64,000 bases of DNA from Candidatus Latescibacterota bacterium. Its GTDB lineage: Bacteria > Latescibacterota > UBA2968 > UBA8231. The DNA is taken from positions 672,001 to 736,000 of the forward strand of contig CBDCXV010000010.1 of assembly GCA_965223905.1 (NCBI GenBank). Reading direction: 5' to 3'. Of the stretch, positions 29,963-40,033 are shown piece after piece. Each line of letters opens with the position of its first letter. The stretch's first letter is position 1. The position numbers were made by a program, and so were the translations under genes. Below the pieces are notes generated by a model that searched no databases, had not been told where the DNA came from, and was given only the letters and a program-made list of their open reading frames with translations.

Positions 29963-30592
29963 TCAGTCGGCCGACAGGCTCTCGAGCTGGCTCTTCAGCC
30001 GCTGCAGAAGCTTCTCGAAGGAGTGGCGCTCGATGTAGCGGGCGTACTGGCGGCGGTTGCCCGCGGCAGTGCCGGCGCCATCGATGGCGAGATCGTAGAT
30101 GCGCCAGCCGCCGTCGATCCCGTGCAGGTGGTAGGTGATGGGGACGCGCTCGCGCCGCAGCGGCGCGGTGGCGTGGACGGTTGCCCGGCCGCCCTCGATC
30201 TCCTCGCTCCGGTACTCGATGCCGCCCTCGCGGTAGTAGCGCACGAAGCTGTCGAAGTTGCGCTCCTCGACGATGCGCCGGAAGGTCTCGACGAACTCGG
30301 TACGCTCAGCTTCGCTGCGCCCTGCCCAGTGGTCTCCCAGCGACAGGCGGGCGAGCTCGACGAAATCGAAGGCGAGGTTGATGCGCTCCTTTACCTGCCG
30401 GCGGTGTTCCGCGGAAAGGCTGTCTGACGGGCTCGCGGCCAGTATCTCCCGGACGGCCTGGTCCTGGGCCTGCAGGAAAACGATCGCGCTTCCCGGCTCA
30501 CCGGCCTCCCCGGTTTGTTTCTCGGTTCCGGCGGCGCCGTTCCAGGCCGCCAGGACGAAGCCCGGCAGCAACAGCAGCATTCTCGATGACAT
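29963..30592 (-). CDS. MlaC/Ttg2D/HpnM-like periplasmic lipid-binding protein
   Basis: Signal peptide, FDFVELARLSLGDHW...ERTEFVETF, ITYHL...GWRIYDLAIDG...RRQYARYI. Real start ATG 30592 (MSSRML) after GAGGGAG. Confidence 0.85.
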   Translation of the reverse strand: MSSRMLLLLPGFVLAAWNGAAGTEKQTGEAGEPGSAIVFLQAQDQAVREILAASPSDSLSAEHRRQVKERINLAFDFVELARLSLGDHWAGRSEAERTEFVETFRRIVEERNFDSFVRYYREGGIEYRSEEIEGGRATVHATAPLRRERVPITYHLHGIDGGWRIYDLAIDGAGTAAGNRRQYARYIERHSFEKLLQRLKSQLESLSAD

Positions 30593-30603
30593 GGATACTC
30601 CCT

Positions 30604-31983
30604 CTATGGCCGTTCCGGGTCGGCTTCGACCGCGGCGCTCGCAGCCGGTCCCCGCCCACCGGTCACGGGCGGGTCGGGCAGGCACTCGCAGTGATTGCGC
30701 ACTTCCCCCCTCTCGAGCGCCTCGCGCGTCCACACCCGCAGGTCGGCGTAATGCGCCTCGGCGTAGGAATGGGTGGAGTTGGCGTCGGTCAGTATGCCGA
30801 GACCGCGCGTCCGGCTCTTCGGTTCCCCCCCGTAGACGCGGTCGTAGTCGGCGAGCAGATCGACCTGCTCGAACACCCAGCTCCCGAGGTTTCCGGGGCC
30901 CGATTCGACGACGAAGAACCAGGGCCTGGCAAAGCGCTTGCGGCGGTCGACGGTTCCCTCCGGCAGGGTCGAGCTCCACACGTACTTGATCTGCCTCGGG
31001 ATGCCCAGCCAGTTCTGCGAGAAGAAAACGTAGAGGCCTGCGGCGCTGTCGTTGGTGGGGCCGTAGCGCTCGTCGCCGCCCGGGGGCAGCGACTCGGCGC
31101 GCCAGCACCAGGTCAGAATCGGGTACTGCCGCGGATTCCAGTGGGAGACCTTGAGCAGGATGATGGAGCTGCCCGAATCCCGGGCGGCGAGGTAGCGGTG
31201 ACTGCCGGCGGCCAGCACCGTGTACGGCTTGGGCTTGTCGCGGTCCTTGTTCCTCCAGCCCCAGCCCTCGGGCGGGCGCCCGGGCTCGGTGGCCGAGAAG
31301 TCCTCGAGGACGACGTAGGGCCGCTGCCGCATGCGCGCCTCGAGTACCGGCAGGGAGTACTCTTTTTTCAGGATCTCTTCGAAACGGCCTCGCATCAGGT
31401 CGCTGGCGCTCCGGCCCCCGGTCTCGACGTCGACGAGCCGCCAGTCCGGCCCGGCCCGCAGTTGCAGGATCAGGGTCCGCGGCTCCCCCCCTGGCCCGGT
31501 TTCGGCTGCGATCTCCACCTCGGCCTCGTCGCCGCGGTCGTCGATCTCCACCAGGCGGAGGGAGGTCAACGGCCCCTCCCGCAGGTAGGCGGCGAGGGCG
31601 GAAACCCAGTGCGCGCGGAACTCCTTCTGCAGGCGCTCTTCGTGCAGGGCGACGAAATCGTCGAGCTCCTTCCCGGACATGAACTTGCCGTAGCCCTTCA
31701 AGGTCCTGGCGCAGTAGTCGCGAAACACCGTCCGGGTGAAGCCCTCGTGATCTACGCGGCGGCCCGCCCATTCGTCGAGGAGGCCGTCGAGGGCGGGGGG
31801 AGAAGAATCGGCGAGGGCGGCGTTGAGCCGCGTGAGGTCGCCACGCAACTCCTCCCAGGGGGCCTGATCCGGCTGCGCCGCGGTGGCGGCGCAACAGAGG
31901 GCAGCGGCCCCGGAGAGGACAGCGGCGCGTTGGAGGGCCGCGGCCCAAAAGGCGAAAATGCGCACGAAACGGGAGGAATCCAC
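30604..31983 (-). CDS. MlaC-like domain fused to DUF3047 domain
   Basis: N-terminal half ends DWRLVDVETGGRSASDLMRGRFEEIL (MlaC-like). C-terminal half has PILTWCWRAESLPPGGDE...NDSAAGLYVFF...IKYVWS...VVESG...DLLADYDRVYG...ILTDANST (DUF3047-like). Confidence 0.75.
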   Translation of the reverse strand: MDSSRFVRIFAFWAAALQRAAVLSGAAALCCAATAAQPDQAPWEELRGDLTRLNAALADSSPPALDGLLDEWAGRRVDHEGFTRTVFRDYCARTLKGYGKFMSGKELDDFVALHEERLQKEFRAHWVSALAAYLREGPLTSLRLVEIDDRGDEAEVEIAAETGPGGEPRTLILQLRAGPDWRLVDVETGGRSASDLMRGRFEEILKKEYSLPVLEARMRQRPYVVLEDFSATEPGRPPEGWGWRNKDRDKPKPYTVLAAGSHRYLAARDSGSSIILLKVSHWNPRQYPILTWCWRAESLPPGGDERYGPTNDSAAGLYVFFSQNWLGIPRQIKYVWSSTLPEGTVDRRKRFARPWFFVVESGPGNLGSWVFEQVDLLADYDRVYGGEPKSRTRGLGILTDANSTHSYAEAHYADLRVWTREALERGEVRNHCECLPDPPVTGGRGPAASAAVEADPERP

Positions 31984-31993
31984 GGCTACCCTG

Positions 31994-33355
31994 TCATTCG
32001 AACGACGACGTCATTCCCACGGTTCGCTCCAGGCGGGCGACGGCCATGTTGAAGTCGTACACCGCTCCGTAGTACCCCTGCTCGGTCCCGGCGAAGGCCT
32101 CGAAAGCGCTGACCAGCTCCTTGACCTGCCCCGGGTCGAGCTCGTACTCGTCGCGGGCGGCACGCAGCCAGCGGCGCGCGGTGCGGCGCCCTTCGCGCGC
32201 CGACTCCAGGCCGTCGCGGGCTCGCTCCCAGTCGCCGAAGGCCTGCTCGATTTCCAGCCGGATACCCTGGACCGCCCCGGTCTCCTTGGCGCGCAACTGG
32301 TAGAGATCGGCCCTCGCCCGGGCCGCCTCCGCCCCCAGCAGCCCCCACTCGAACGACTGCCGCAGCCCGAGAAAGATGCCGCCGCTGAAATAGTTGAATT
32401 CGTCCTTGACGAACGGATTGTGCTGGTCCGTCCGGTTGGGGGCGACGGCGTAGCGCACCCCCCCTGTCAGGAACAGCTGCGGCAGGTAAGCCTTGGCAGT
32501 CGCCTCCTGCACGGCCTGCCTTGCGGCGATTCCCGCTCGCAACTGACGCCAGTCGGGCCGCTTCCTGAAAGCGAGGGCGAACAGCGAATCCCGGGGCGGC
32601 ACCTCGGACGGGGCCGGCTCGATCCACTCCTGCTCGAGCTCCAGCGGCGCATCCTCCGGGATGCCCGCGGTCCAGGCCAGGGCCCTGCCCGCCAGCGCCG
32701 CCCGGTCGACGGCTTCCCGCCGGCGCCGTTCCAGCTCGAGCAAGGCGAGCTCCAGCTTGTACGGCGCCGACAGCGGAATCGAGGGATCGTCCGGCGACAC
32801 CTCCGCCCGGTGCCGGCGCAGCTCCTCGCCCAGACGCTCGGCGAGGGCTGCGAGATCCCTGGCGGCGAGAAGCCCGTAGTAGAACTCCTTGACCTGCAGG
32901 GCGGCGTCGAGCTCGACGCCGGCAAGCGACGACTCCTCCACTTCGACCCCGGCGGCGGCCGCTTCCCGCAGGCTGCGCAGGTAACCGAAGGTGTAGAGCG
33001 GCTGCACGAACTGGAGCTCGGTGCGGTTGAAGACCCCGAGGGAACGCAACCCGGTGGTATCCACTGGCGGGTTGAACACGTCCCCCTCGGCGTCCGGAAC
33101 CAGCCCGGAGGCGCTCTCGAGCCGCAGCCTCGGCAGCAGCCCGGAGGCCCTGGCCTCGTCGAGACGGGCCTCGGCGCCGCGCACCCGCCATCTCCCCTCG
33201 GCGACTTCCGGGTTTTCCTTCAGGGCGCGGGCTACCAGCGCTTCGAGGGACCAGGGAGCCGAAGGCGGGGCCGGGGCCGACTCCGGCCCCGAGGCAAACC
33301 CCGGATGCCCGGACAGGGCGAGCGCCACCAGCCAGGACGGAATGCGCGCCGGCAT
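31994..33355 (-). CDS. TolC family outer membrane protein
   Basis: Signal peptide, SLEALVARALKENP, VQPLYTFG, VKEFYYGLL, RPD, AYLPQLFL, YDFNMAVARLERTVG. Confidence 0.88.
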   Translation of the reverse strand: MPARIPSWLVALALSGHPGFASGPESAPAPPSAPWSLEALVARALKENPEVAEGRWRVRGAEARLDEARASGLLPRLRLESASGLVPDAEGDVFNPPVDTTGLRSLGVFNRTELQFVQPLYTFGYLRSLREAAAAGVEVEESSLAGVELDAALQVKEFYYGLLAARDLAALAERLGEELRRHRAEVSPDDPSIPLSAPYKLELALLELERRRREAVDRAALAGRALAWTAGIPEDAPLELEQEWIEPAPSEVPPRDSLFALAFRKRPDWRQLRAGIAARQAVQEATAKAYLPQLFLTGGVRYAVAPNRTDQHNPFVKDEFNYFSGGIFLGLRQSFEWGLLGAEAARARADLYQLRAKETGAVQGIRLEIEQAFGDWERARDGLESAREGRRTARRWLRAARDEYELDPGQVKELVSAFEAFAGTEQGYYGAVYDFNMAVARLERTVGMTSSFE

Positions 33356-33357
33356 CG

Positions 33358-34416
33358 CTACCGCGAGGTGAGGCTGTTGCGAAGCGCGTCACCCGTCCCC
33401 GCGGCGGACTTCCGATCAGCGCCGAGATGGACGGTCACCGAGGAGCTGGCGGCGCGGCCGAGGTGGGTGAGAAAGAGCCAGCCGATCGAGATCCAGATGA
33501 TCTTGCGCATGCGCTTGACGATGGCGAGGGAAAGTCCGAGCGCCGGGTTCAGCCCGAGGGTGAGAAACAGGAAAACCCCGCCCCCTTCGAGGACGCCGAT
33601 GTTCGACGGCATGAAGAAGAAGAGGCTGTTGATGAGGACGGTCAGTGCAGTTATGAGGAAAGCGATCTCGAAATCGGTCCCCGCTCCGAGGGCCTCGAGA
33701 ATGACGTAGGTCTCGCAGGCTCCGAGGAGCCAGCCGAGGGCGTGGAAGAACATGACCAGGGCGAAGCGCGCTTTGTGCTCCCCGTAGAAGCGGCCGATGC
33801 TGGCGTCGGTGCGAACCGCGCTGTCCATCTGGCGGGCGGCGAAATCGCCGAGGCCGACCGCCCGGAAGACCGCCAGCAGCGACGAGAACATACTGCGGTG
33901 CTTGATGTACAGGGCGGCCATCATCGCCGCGGCCAGCAAACCCAGGACGCCGAGTCCGGCCTTGACCGGGAGCGGCAGGGCCTGCGGCAGATCCCAATGG
34001 GCGACGACGAGCCCGAGCCCGACAAGGGTGAACATCAGGCCGGTGAAAATCTGCGCCGTCTTGTTGACGACCACTGCAGCGAGGGATCGCGAAACCGGGA
34101 ATTGCTGCTTCAGCAGGAACGCCTTCAGAGGTTCGCCGCCGATGTTGGCCAGGGGGGTCAGCTGGTTGACGGCCTCTCCGGCGAGCTTGGCCATGAACAG
34201 GGTGCGCAGGCGCGGCCGGAAGGCGTCCGGCGGAAAGGCGAAACCCCAGGCGATGGAATTGGTGACGTGCCACAGGAAGGCGAGCGCGAGGACCGCGGGG
34301 AACCACCACCGCATCACCAGCAGGTTGTCGAGGATCTGCCGCAGGCCGAGGGTGCCGACGAGATAGCCGAGCAGCAGCAGGCCCAATCCGGGAAGCAGCA
34401 GGCGCAGGATCTTCAC
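33358..34416 (-). CDS. Lysylphosphatidylglycerol-synthase TM (flippase-like, HpnL-like) membrane protein
   Basis: Multi-TM, LAGEAVNQLTPLANIGGEPLKAFLL, FFMPSNIGVLEGG, KRMRKIIW. GTG start 34416 overlaps the upstream stop. Confidence 0.85.
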   Translation of the reverse strand: MKILRLLLPGLGLLLLGYLVGTLGLRQILDNLLVMRWWFPAVLALAFLWHVTNSIAWGFAFPPDAFRPRLRTLFMAKLAGEAVNQLTPLANIGGEPLKAFLLKQQFPVSRSLAAVVVNKTAQIFTGLMFTLVGLGLVVAHWDLPQALPLPVKAGLGVLGLLAAAMMAALYIKHRSMFSSLLAVFRAVGLGDFAARQMDSAVRTDASIGRFYGEHKARFALVMFFHALGWLLGACETYVILEALGAGTDFEIAFLITALTVLINSLFFFMPSNIGVLEGGGVFLFLTLGLNPALGLSLAIVKRMRKIIWISIGWLFLTHLGRAASSSVTVHLGADRKSAAGTGDALRNSLTSR

Positions 34417-35819
34417 GGCCGCGACTTTCCGTACCCCGATGTGTCCTCGACCTGCAGCCTGTGGGCATGCAGCATCTTGCGCAGCGAAATCAGGACTCCG
34501 AGCGCCAGCAGGTGAAGGCCGCCCACGGTGTACCAGTAGAGGACGGCGAAGGCATCGGCGAGGCAGCAGACCAGGAACACGAAGGAGAAGGAGTCGCGCT
34601 TGGCAATGAAGGCGGAGGGCTCGAGTACGCGATACAGGATTCCCTTCTCGCTCTCGGGAACCTCCCTGGAGAACCCGACCATGTACTTCTGCAGCGAGCC
34701 GCTTCCGGTCTTCAAGGCGTAGGAGTACATGACCCCGAGTATCACGAACAGGGCCCCGACCGCGGAGAGGGCGAGGTAGAGATGGAGGGGCTGGTCCCCG
34801 TACACACGCTGGATCCCGAACAGGAATCCGACGTAGGCGCACAGGTAGGCGAAGTTGTCGGTCAAGGTGTCGAACCAAGCGCCGAACTTCGACTCCGACA
34901 GCTGCACCCGGGCGATCTCCCCGTCGCAGCGGTCGAGAACCGCGGCGAGCTGCCACAGCACCCCGGCGAGGGCGAAAAAGAGGTACTCGTCCGGCCGCGA
35001 TATCAGCCAGGCGCCGACGAGGCCGGGGGGCATGACGAAGAGGACGGTCACCAGGTGGGGTGAGATCCCGGTTTCGATCAGCAGCTTGCTGACCGGAATC
35101 GACATGCGGGCGTTGAGGTGCCGGGATACCGGGCCGCTCGTCGCCTTGGTCACCTGGGAGAACAGCATCGCCTTGGCCTGCCGCGACGTGCGGGCGTCGG
35201 CTACGCGCCGCCACAGCGGCCAGGCCTCTGCCACCGGCGCCGTGGCGACCTGCCGGCCGGCGCCGCGGTCCGCAAGGAAATCGGTCACCGCGGGGATTTC
35301 ATCGTCCGCTCGCCCGTTCCCGGCGGTCGCCACATCCGCGGCCCCGGCCGCGGCGCTGCAGAGAAAGGCCCCCGTCGCCACCGGAACTCCGGCCCCATCC
35401 CCGGCAAGCGGGTGCAGTCGCGCCGAACCGCGGCCTGCCGCGAGGTGGAGAGCCGGGTTTTGTCCGGGCGGAAGGGAACTGGTCTGCACCACGAGGTCTG
35501 CCCCCTGCAGGCCGCGCCCGGTCAGCTGGGAGAGCGAGGAGTGGTGATGAACGCAATCCCCCAGAAGAACCAGGACCCCCTCCCCGGGCGGAAAGGCGAG
35601 GGTCGGGGCGGTTCCCCAGGTCACGATCTCCAACTGCAGGTCGAGCCGGCGGGTGACCTTGCCCAGCTTCGTCGCCGCGCCTTCAGGGACGACCACGACG
35701 AGTCGCTCGATCCCGGCGCGGACCATGGTGCGAATGCCGCGCTCGAAGAGGCTGAGCCCGGCGCAGCGGCGCTCCGGACGCACCCCCCGGTCGAAGGCGA
35801 GTATGCCGTTGCGGATCAC
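34413..35819 (-). CDS. CDP-alcohol phosphotransferase with degenerate N-terminal nucleotidyltransferase-like domain
   Basis: Complete motif DRCDGEIAR-x8-GAWFDTLTD, GPVSRHLN, ISPHLVT. N-terminus CAGLSLFERGIRTMVRAGIERLVVV resembles an NTP-transferase fold without the GxGxR motif. GTG start 35819. Confidence 0.88.
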   Translation of the reverse strand: MIRNGILAFDRGVRPERRCAGLSLFERGIRTMVRAGIERLVVVVPEGAATKLGKVTRRLDLQLEIVTWGTAPTLAFPPGEGVLVLLGDCVHHHSSLSQLTGRGLQGADLVVQTSSLPPGQNPALHLAAGRGSARLHPLAGDGAGVPVATGAFLCSAAAGAADVATAGNGRADDEIPAVTDFLADRGAGRQVATAPVAEAWPLWRRVADARTSRQAKAMLFSQVTKATSGPVSRHLNARMSIPVSKLLIETGISPHLVTVLFVMPPGLVGAWLISRPDEYLFFALAGVLWQLAAVLDRCDGEIARVQLSESKFGAWFDTLTDNFAYLCAYVGFLFGIQRVYGDQPLHLYLALSAVGALFVILGVMYSYALKTGSGSLQKYMVGFSREVPESEKGILYRVLEPSAFIAKRDSFSFVFLVCCLADAFAVLYWYTVGGLHLLALGVLISLRKMLHAHRLQVEDTSGYGKSRP

Positions 35820-36589
35820 GCCGGATCCCCCGGGGAGGCGGATTCGGCGACCGCCGCCTCGAGCCGGGAGTAGCGGTCTATCTGACTGCGCACGTGGTCG
35901 AGGTCGGCGACAGTGTCGACGTCGGCGCAGGGTAGCCGGCCCATGTCGAGGTAGCTGACGTGGCGGCCCTTGTCGATGATGCCCTGAATGGCCCTCGGGA
36001 AGAGAGACCGCATGGCCCCGTCGGCCATGACGCACTCTTCGAGGATGGCGCGAATCCAGTCCACGCCGCGGCCGCTGAACCTCATGATGCCGACCGACTC
36101 CGCGGTGGTCTCGACGGCGCTCAGATTCTTGCCGATGCGGACGATGCCCTCGTCGCGGATGGCGACCTTCATGTCGTCGTCGTCATAGGTTTCCCGCCGC
36201 CGCACCATCAGGCAGCATGGAGAATCGGAGTGCGCCAGCAGCGGCAGCGCTGCGGGACTGAAGACGTTGTCCCCGTTGATGAGAAGGAAGTCCCCGTCCA
36301 TGAACGAGCGCGCCGCCCACAGGGAGACCAGGTTGTCCGCCACCTCGTGGAAGGGATTGGAGACCAAGTGAATCCCGATGTTCCCCGGGTAGGCCTCCGC
36401 GGCCTGGCCCACCTGGTTCATGCGGTAGCCGCAGACAAGCACCGCCTCGCCGACCCCGGCGACCTCGAGATTGCGCAAAAGGCGCTCGAGAATGGTGGCG
36501 TTCCCGATCGGGAGCAAGCACTTGGGCAGGTCGTCGGTGAGCGGCCGGAGCCGGCTTCCGCGGCCAGCTGCGAGGATGATCGCTTTCAC
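35816..36589 (-). CDS. LicC/IPCT-like cytidylyltransferase (NTP transferase)
   Basis: KAIILAAGRGSRLRPLTDDLPKCLL, LLINGDNVF, DDMKV, ESVGI, DVDTVADL. GTG start 36589. Confidence 0.9.
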   Translation of the reverse strand: MKAIILAAGRGSRLRPLTDDLPKCLLPIGNATILERLLRNLEVAGVGEAVLVCGYRMNQVGQAAEAYPGNIGIHLVSNPFHEVADNLVSLWAARSFMDGDFLLINGDNVFSPAALPLLAHSDSPCCLMVRRRETYDDDDMKVAIRDEGIVRIGKNLSAVETTAESVGIMRFSGRGVDWIRAILEECVMADGAMRSLFPRAIQGIIDKGRHVSYLDMGRLPCADVDTVADLDHVRSQIDRYSRLEAAVAESASPGDPA

Positions 36590-36952
36590 ACTACTGTATC
36601 GGCGGGGCGAAGCTGGAAGTCCGAACCGGAGGTCGGACGGCCCGTGGTGAGTCGCTCGAAGGAAAGGCCGAAAGACCGCCGCAACCCGGATGAACGAAGC
36701 GCCGACGTGCGCTGCCGCGGGCTGTCGATGAAAGGGCTGCCTCCCTTTCGAAGCAGCCCCGAGCTCATCTGAATAAGCCAATAAAATGACGGCGGGTCAA
36801 TGAGATAGCCGGAATTTCAGACCGCTTTCGGGAGGCCCCGAAACAGTCGGGCGCCTCCCCGGGACGCGGTCTGCCATCGCGTTCGGCCAGCTGCCCCGGG
36901 AAGCTCGCCTCCAGTCCGTATATTTTGGGTTCGGCGCTTCCGGAAGGCCCCC

Positions 36953-37210
36953 TTGAACCGAGAAAGAGACAGACTGCTGATCTTCGGAACCGACTTCCCT
37001 CCCGAGTCGGTCGGAACCGCTGCGTACGCCTGCGCTCTCGCCACCGGAATGCAGCGGCGCGGAGTTCAGGTAACCGTGCTCACCCGGGAGTGTACCACCA
37101 CTGCCGGAAGCGACGCATTCGACCGCGCCCAGCCCTTTCCGGTGATCCGCATGCGTCGCGCGCCCGACGTTCCCAGGGCCTACCGACCTGTTTCTCCTGA
37201 CCAGGACTAG
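36953..37210 (+). pseudogene. Truncated GT4 glycosyltransferase N-terminus
   Basis: LLIFGTDFPPESVGTAAYACALATGMQRRGVQVTVLT...FDRAQPFPVIR, then an early stop. Paralogous to the start of the next gene. Confidence 0.7.
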
Positions 37211-37327
37211 GCAACTGGGACCGTAGCTTCGGCTTCCGGTTCAGCATGGGCCATTTGCCATTTGTCTGTTTATTACGGCCGACCGTTGTTCTCCATGGAG
37301 GGATATGTCCAGCGGAGGCTCCGAAAA

Positions 37328-38485
37328 TTGAAGGTGCTTCTATTTGCCATGCGGTTTGCCCCCGAGCAGGTGGGAACCGCCCTTTACGCCTCGACCTTGG
37401 CGGCCGGTTTGACCGAGCGGGGGCTGGAGGTGACCGTGCTTTCTCCGTCCTACGGGTCTGCCGGCGGCGGGGAAGAGGACCTCGGCTACCGCGTCTGGCG
37501 CTGGGCGGGGCCCCGCCAGGCCTACTGGGTCTGGCGCTATCCTCCGGCCAGACGGGGATTGGCGTGCGCCCTCGACGAACTGCAGCCGGACGTGATCTGG
37601 GCGACAAACGGCATGGCGACCCGGGTGGCGGGTACCATGATTCCACGCCTGCGCATGTCCGTAATCGGGACGATTTACGGCACCGATATCCACAAGCGCT
37701 TCCCCGGGCGGACTCCCCGCACCTGGATCGAAAGCATACCGCAACGGCGGTTTTACGATCGCGCCGACGCCCTTTTGACCATCAGCCGGAATACCTTCGA
37801 CCTAGCGATGGCCAGCCGGATCGATCCGGAGAAGATGCAGGTGGTCTACCTCGGAGTGGACTCGCCCCCTGGAGCCGCCGAGCGCTGGCGCGGGGCGCGG
37901 GCACGGCACCCGGACTTGGCCGCCGCCCGCTTGGTCCTCACGGTCGGGCGACTGGTGCCGCAGAAGGGGCATCGGCTGCTGATCGAGGCGATGGATAGGG
38001 TAATGCGGACGCGGCCCGACATCCGCCACGTCATAGTCGGTGACGGCCCCGAGCGCGAGGCCCTGGCCACCCAGATCAGGAGCCTGCGGAGGGAGGAGAC
38101 CATCCGGCTGGTGGGGCGCCAAGAGCAGGAAGTCCTAGAGGACTTTTTCGCCCTGTCCCGCCTCTTTGCCCTGACTAGCCACGCTACCCACTCCTTCGTC
38201 GAAGGCCTCGGCTACGTGTTCCTCGAGGCGGCGGTGCGCGGTGTGCCATCCGTAGGTACCCGGCACGGGGGCATTCCAGAGGTGATCCGCCACGGGGAAA
38301 CCGGTTACCTGGTCGATCCGGACCCCAGGGCGATCGCCGACCGGCTCGGGGCGGCGCTGGACGACGAGGCCTCCTGCCGCCGGCTCGGCGACGCGGCCCG
38401 CGCTCGGGCGGAGCGTTACTTCACCACCGCTCGCATGGTGGAGGAATGTCACGGCGTCCTTATGCGGGTGGCCGGACGAGGATGA
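37328..38485 (+). CDS. Glycosyltransferase family 4
   Basis: LTVGRLVPQKGH, IVGDGPER, EGLGYVFLEA, GGIPEVIRHGETGYLV. Start uncertain (TTG 37328 or ATG 37295). Confidence 0.9.
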   Translation: MKVLLFAMRFAPEQVGTALYASTLAAGLTERGLEVTVLSPSYGSAGGGEEDLGYRVWRWAGPRQAYWVWRYPPARRGLACALDELQPDVIWATNGMATRVAGTMIPRLRMSVIGTIYGTDIHKRFPGRTPRTWIESIPQRRFYDRADALLTISRNTFDLAMASRIDPEKMQVVYLGVDSPPGAAERWRGARARHPDLAAARLVLTVGRLVPQKGHRLLIEAMDRVMRTRPDIRHVIVGDGPEREALATQIRSLRREETIRLVGRQEQEVLEDFFALSRLFALTSHATHSFVEGLGYVFLEAAVRGVPSVGTRHGGIPEVIRHGETGYLVDPDPRAIADRLGAALDDEASCRRLGDAARARAERYFTTARMVEECHGVLMRVAGRG

Positions 38486-38489
38486 AGGG

Positions 38490-39775
38490 ATGAACGAAGC
38501 CCGCCCATCCTGGCCCTGGAGCTGCAGGGCGGGGAGGCCGAACGGGACATCAGGAATCTCGCCGGCGGCGCCTTGGCGACCTTCGCCGGCAAGCTTGGGC
38601 GGGCCTCCCGCGGCGCCTTCATCCGGGCCATAACCCTTGTTCTGCGGCATGGATGTGCAGGGCATATACACCACCGCATGGGGTCTCGTTTCCATCCTCA
38701 ACAAAATCGGTTCGGCATGCATCTGGCGTCGTGCGTTACCTGATCGAGGCGCGGACGGCCGGCGACCGCCGTGGCGAGGAACGGGCGCTGGGAACAGCGA
38801 TGGTCCTGGCCACCGCCGCCAGTCTGCTGGTGGCAGGAGCGGCCCTGGTCTGCGCGGACTGGTGGTGGCCATGACGGGACGGGACCTGTTCGAGCAGTCC
38901 ATCGCCACGGCCATTCGCCTCATGGCGCCATCGGCTCCCTTCCTGGCCCTGGCTTGGATCTTCATCGGCGCCACGAGCGCCCGGTGCATCATGCGCTACG
39001 ACGTATACGTCCTCTCAATTGCCGGTCCCTTGATGCTGCTCACCTGCGGGTTGGTTATCGGCCTGTTTGGCTTGGGATTGGTCCGCCATCGCTTGGGTGC
39101 AGCTGGCCATGGCGGTGGCCACCTGCCTCCTGGCCGCCTGCTACTTCAGTCACTTCCTTTCCTTGGCGCGCTGTTTGACCAGCATGCGTCGAGGCCTCTC
39201 CTGGAGGCCGATGACCCGGTTCTGCATGCCGGTGATGCTCGCCACCTGCTCTACAGCCTGCAGACCCAGATCGACGTGTTGATGCTGCCCTTTTTTCGCG
39301 AGTTGAAATCAAGTCGGTCTCTACGCCATCGCCAGCGTCATGCTGAAGGTGGCGCGGCCTTCGACCCCATGTTCAGCGCCATCGTCAGCGAGCCGTCGTT
39401 CCGCCGGCGCCACGACGATCTGGATTACCGCTTCTTCGTCATATCCCGCTGGATTCTCACCGTTAACCTGCCCCTGCTGGCCGCCTGTTCATCCTGGGGG
39501 AACCGATCCTGACCCTCTTCGCCGACGAAAAAGTTCGCGGCCTTGACGCCGGAGGAAATCGCCGCCGGCTTTCAAATCATGTACTTGCTCTGCGCCGGTA
39601 TGATGATTCAGGAGATCTTTGCCGTGGGACAGCCGCTGCTGACCATGACCGTGCGTCCTCATCTCCACATCAAGAACCTCATCTGGCTGGGAAGCAACGC
39701 CGGACTCAATGTCGCCCTGATCCCCCACTTCGGCTTCGTCGCCGCCCTCATCGCCAAGGTTCTGGCCAGGCGACG
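38490..39775 (+). pseudogene. Frameshifted MOP-family flippase, paralog of 43129-44790
   Basis: Segments DIRNLAGGALATFAGKLGR, IMRYDVYVLSIAGPL, QIDVLML, FDPMFSAIVSE, RFFVISRWILTVNLP lie in shifting frames. The C-terminus is deleted. Confidence 0.85.
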
Positions 39776-39784
39776 GTATGGCGG

Positions 39785-40027
39785 CGCATGCTCGACTCCG
39801 GTCATCCCAACGTGGTAGCGGTCGACTCCCACCAGCCCCCGGCTGCCGAGCGCTTGATCGCCGACGGACGCAGGGAGGTATTTCCGGCCACCGCCTACGC
39901 TCCGCTCATAGAGGGGAAGACCCCGTTCGCAGTCGAAGGGGAGGACCTGCCGTGGGTGGAGATCGACTCGCTCGAAGACTTCGAGCAGGCTGTGGCACGG
40001 GTGCTGCCTTTCCTGGCGGCTGGTTGA
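39785..40027 (+). pseudogene. Remnant of cytidylyltransferase, paralog of 44787-45506
   Basis: RMLDSGHPNVVAVDS, internal deletion, ERLIADGRREVFPATAYAPLIEG..FAVEGEDLPWVEIDS. The N-terminal GxGxR region is missing. Confidence 0.8.
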
Positions 40028-40033
40028 AGGGGA

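Noticed and set aside
38490-39775. Programmed frameshifting or phase variation in the first flippase copy
   Set aside because: There are many independent indels plus large deletions, not a single slippery tract, which fits pseudogenisation.
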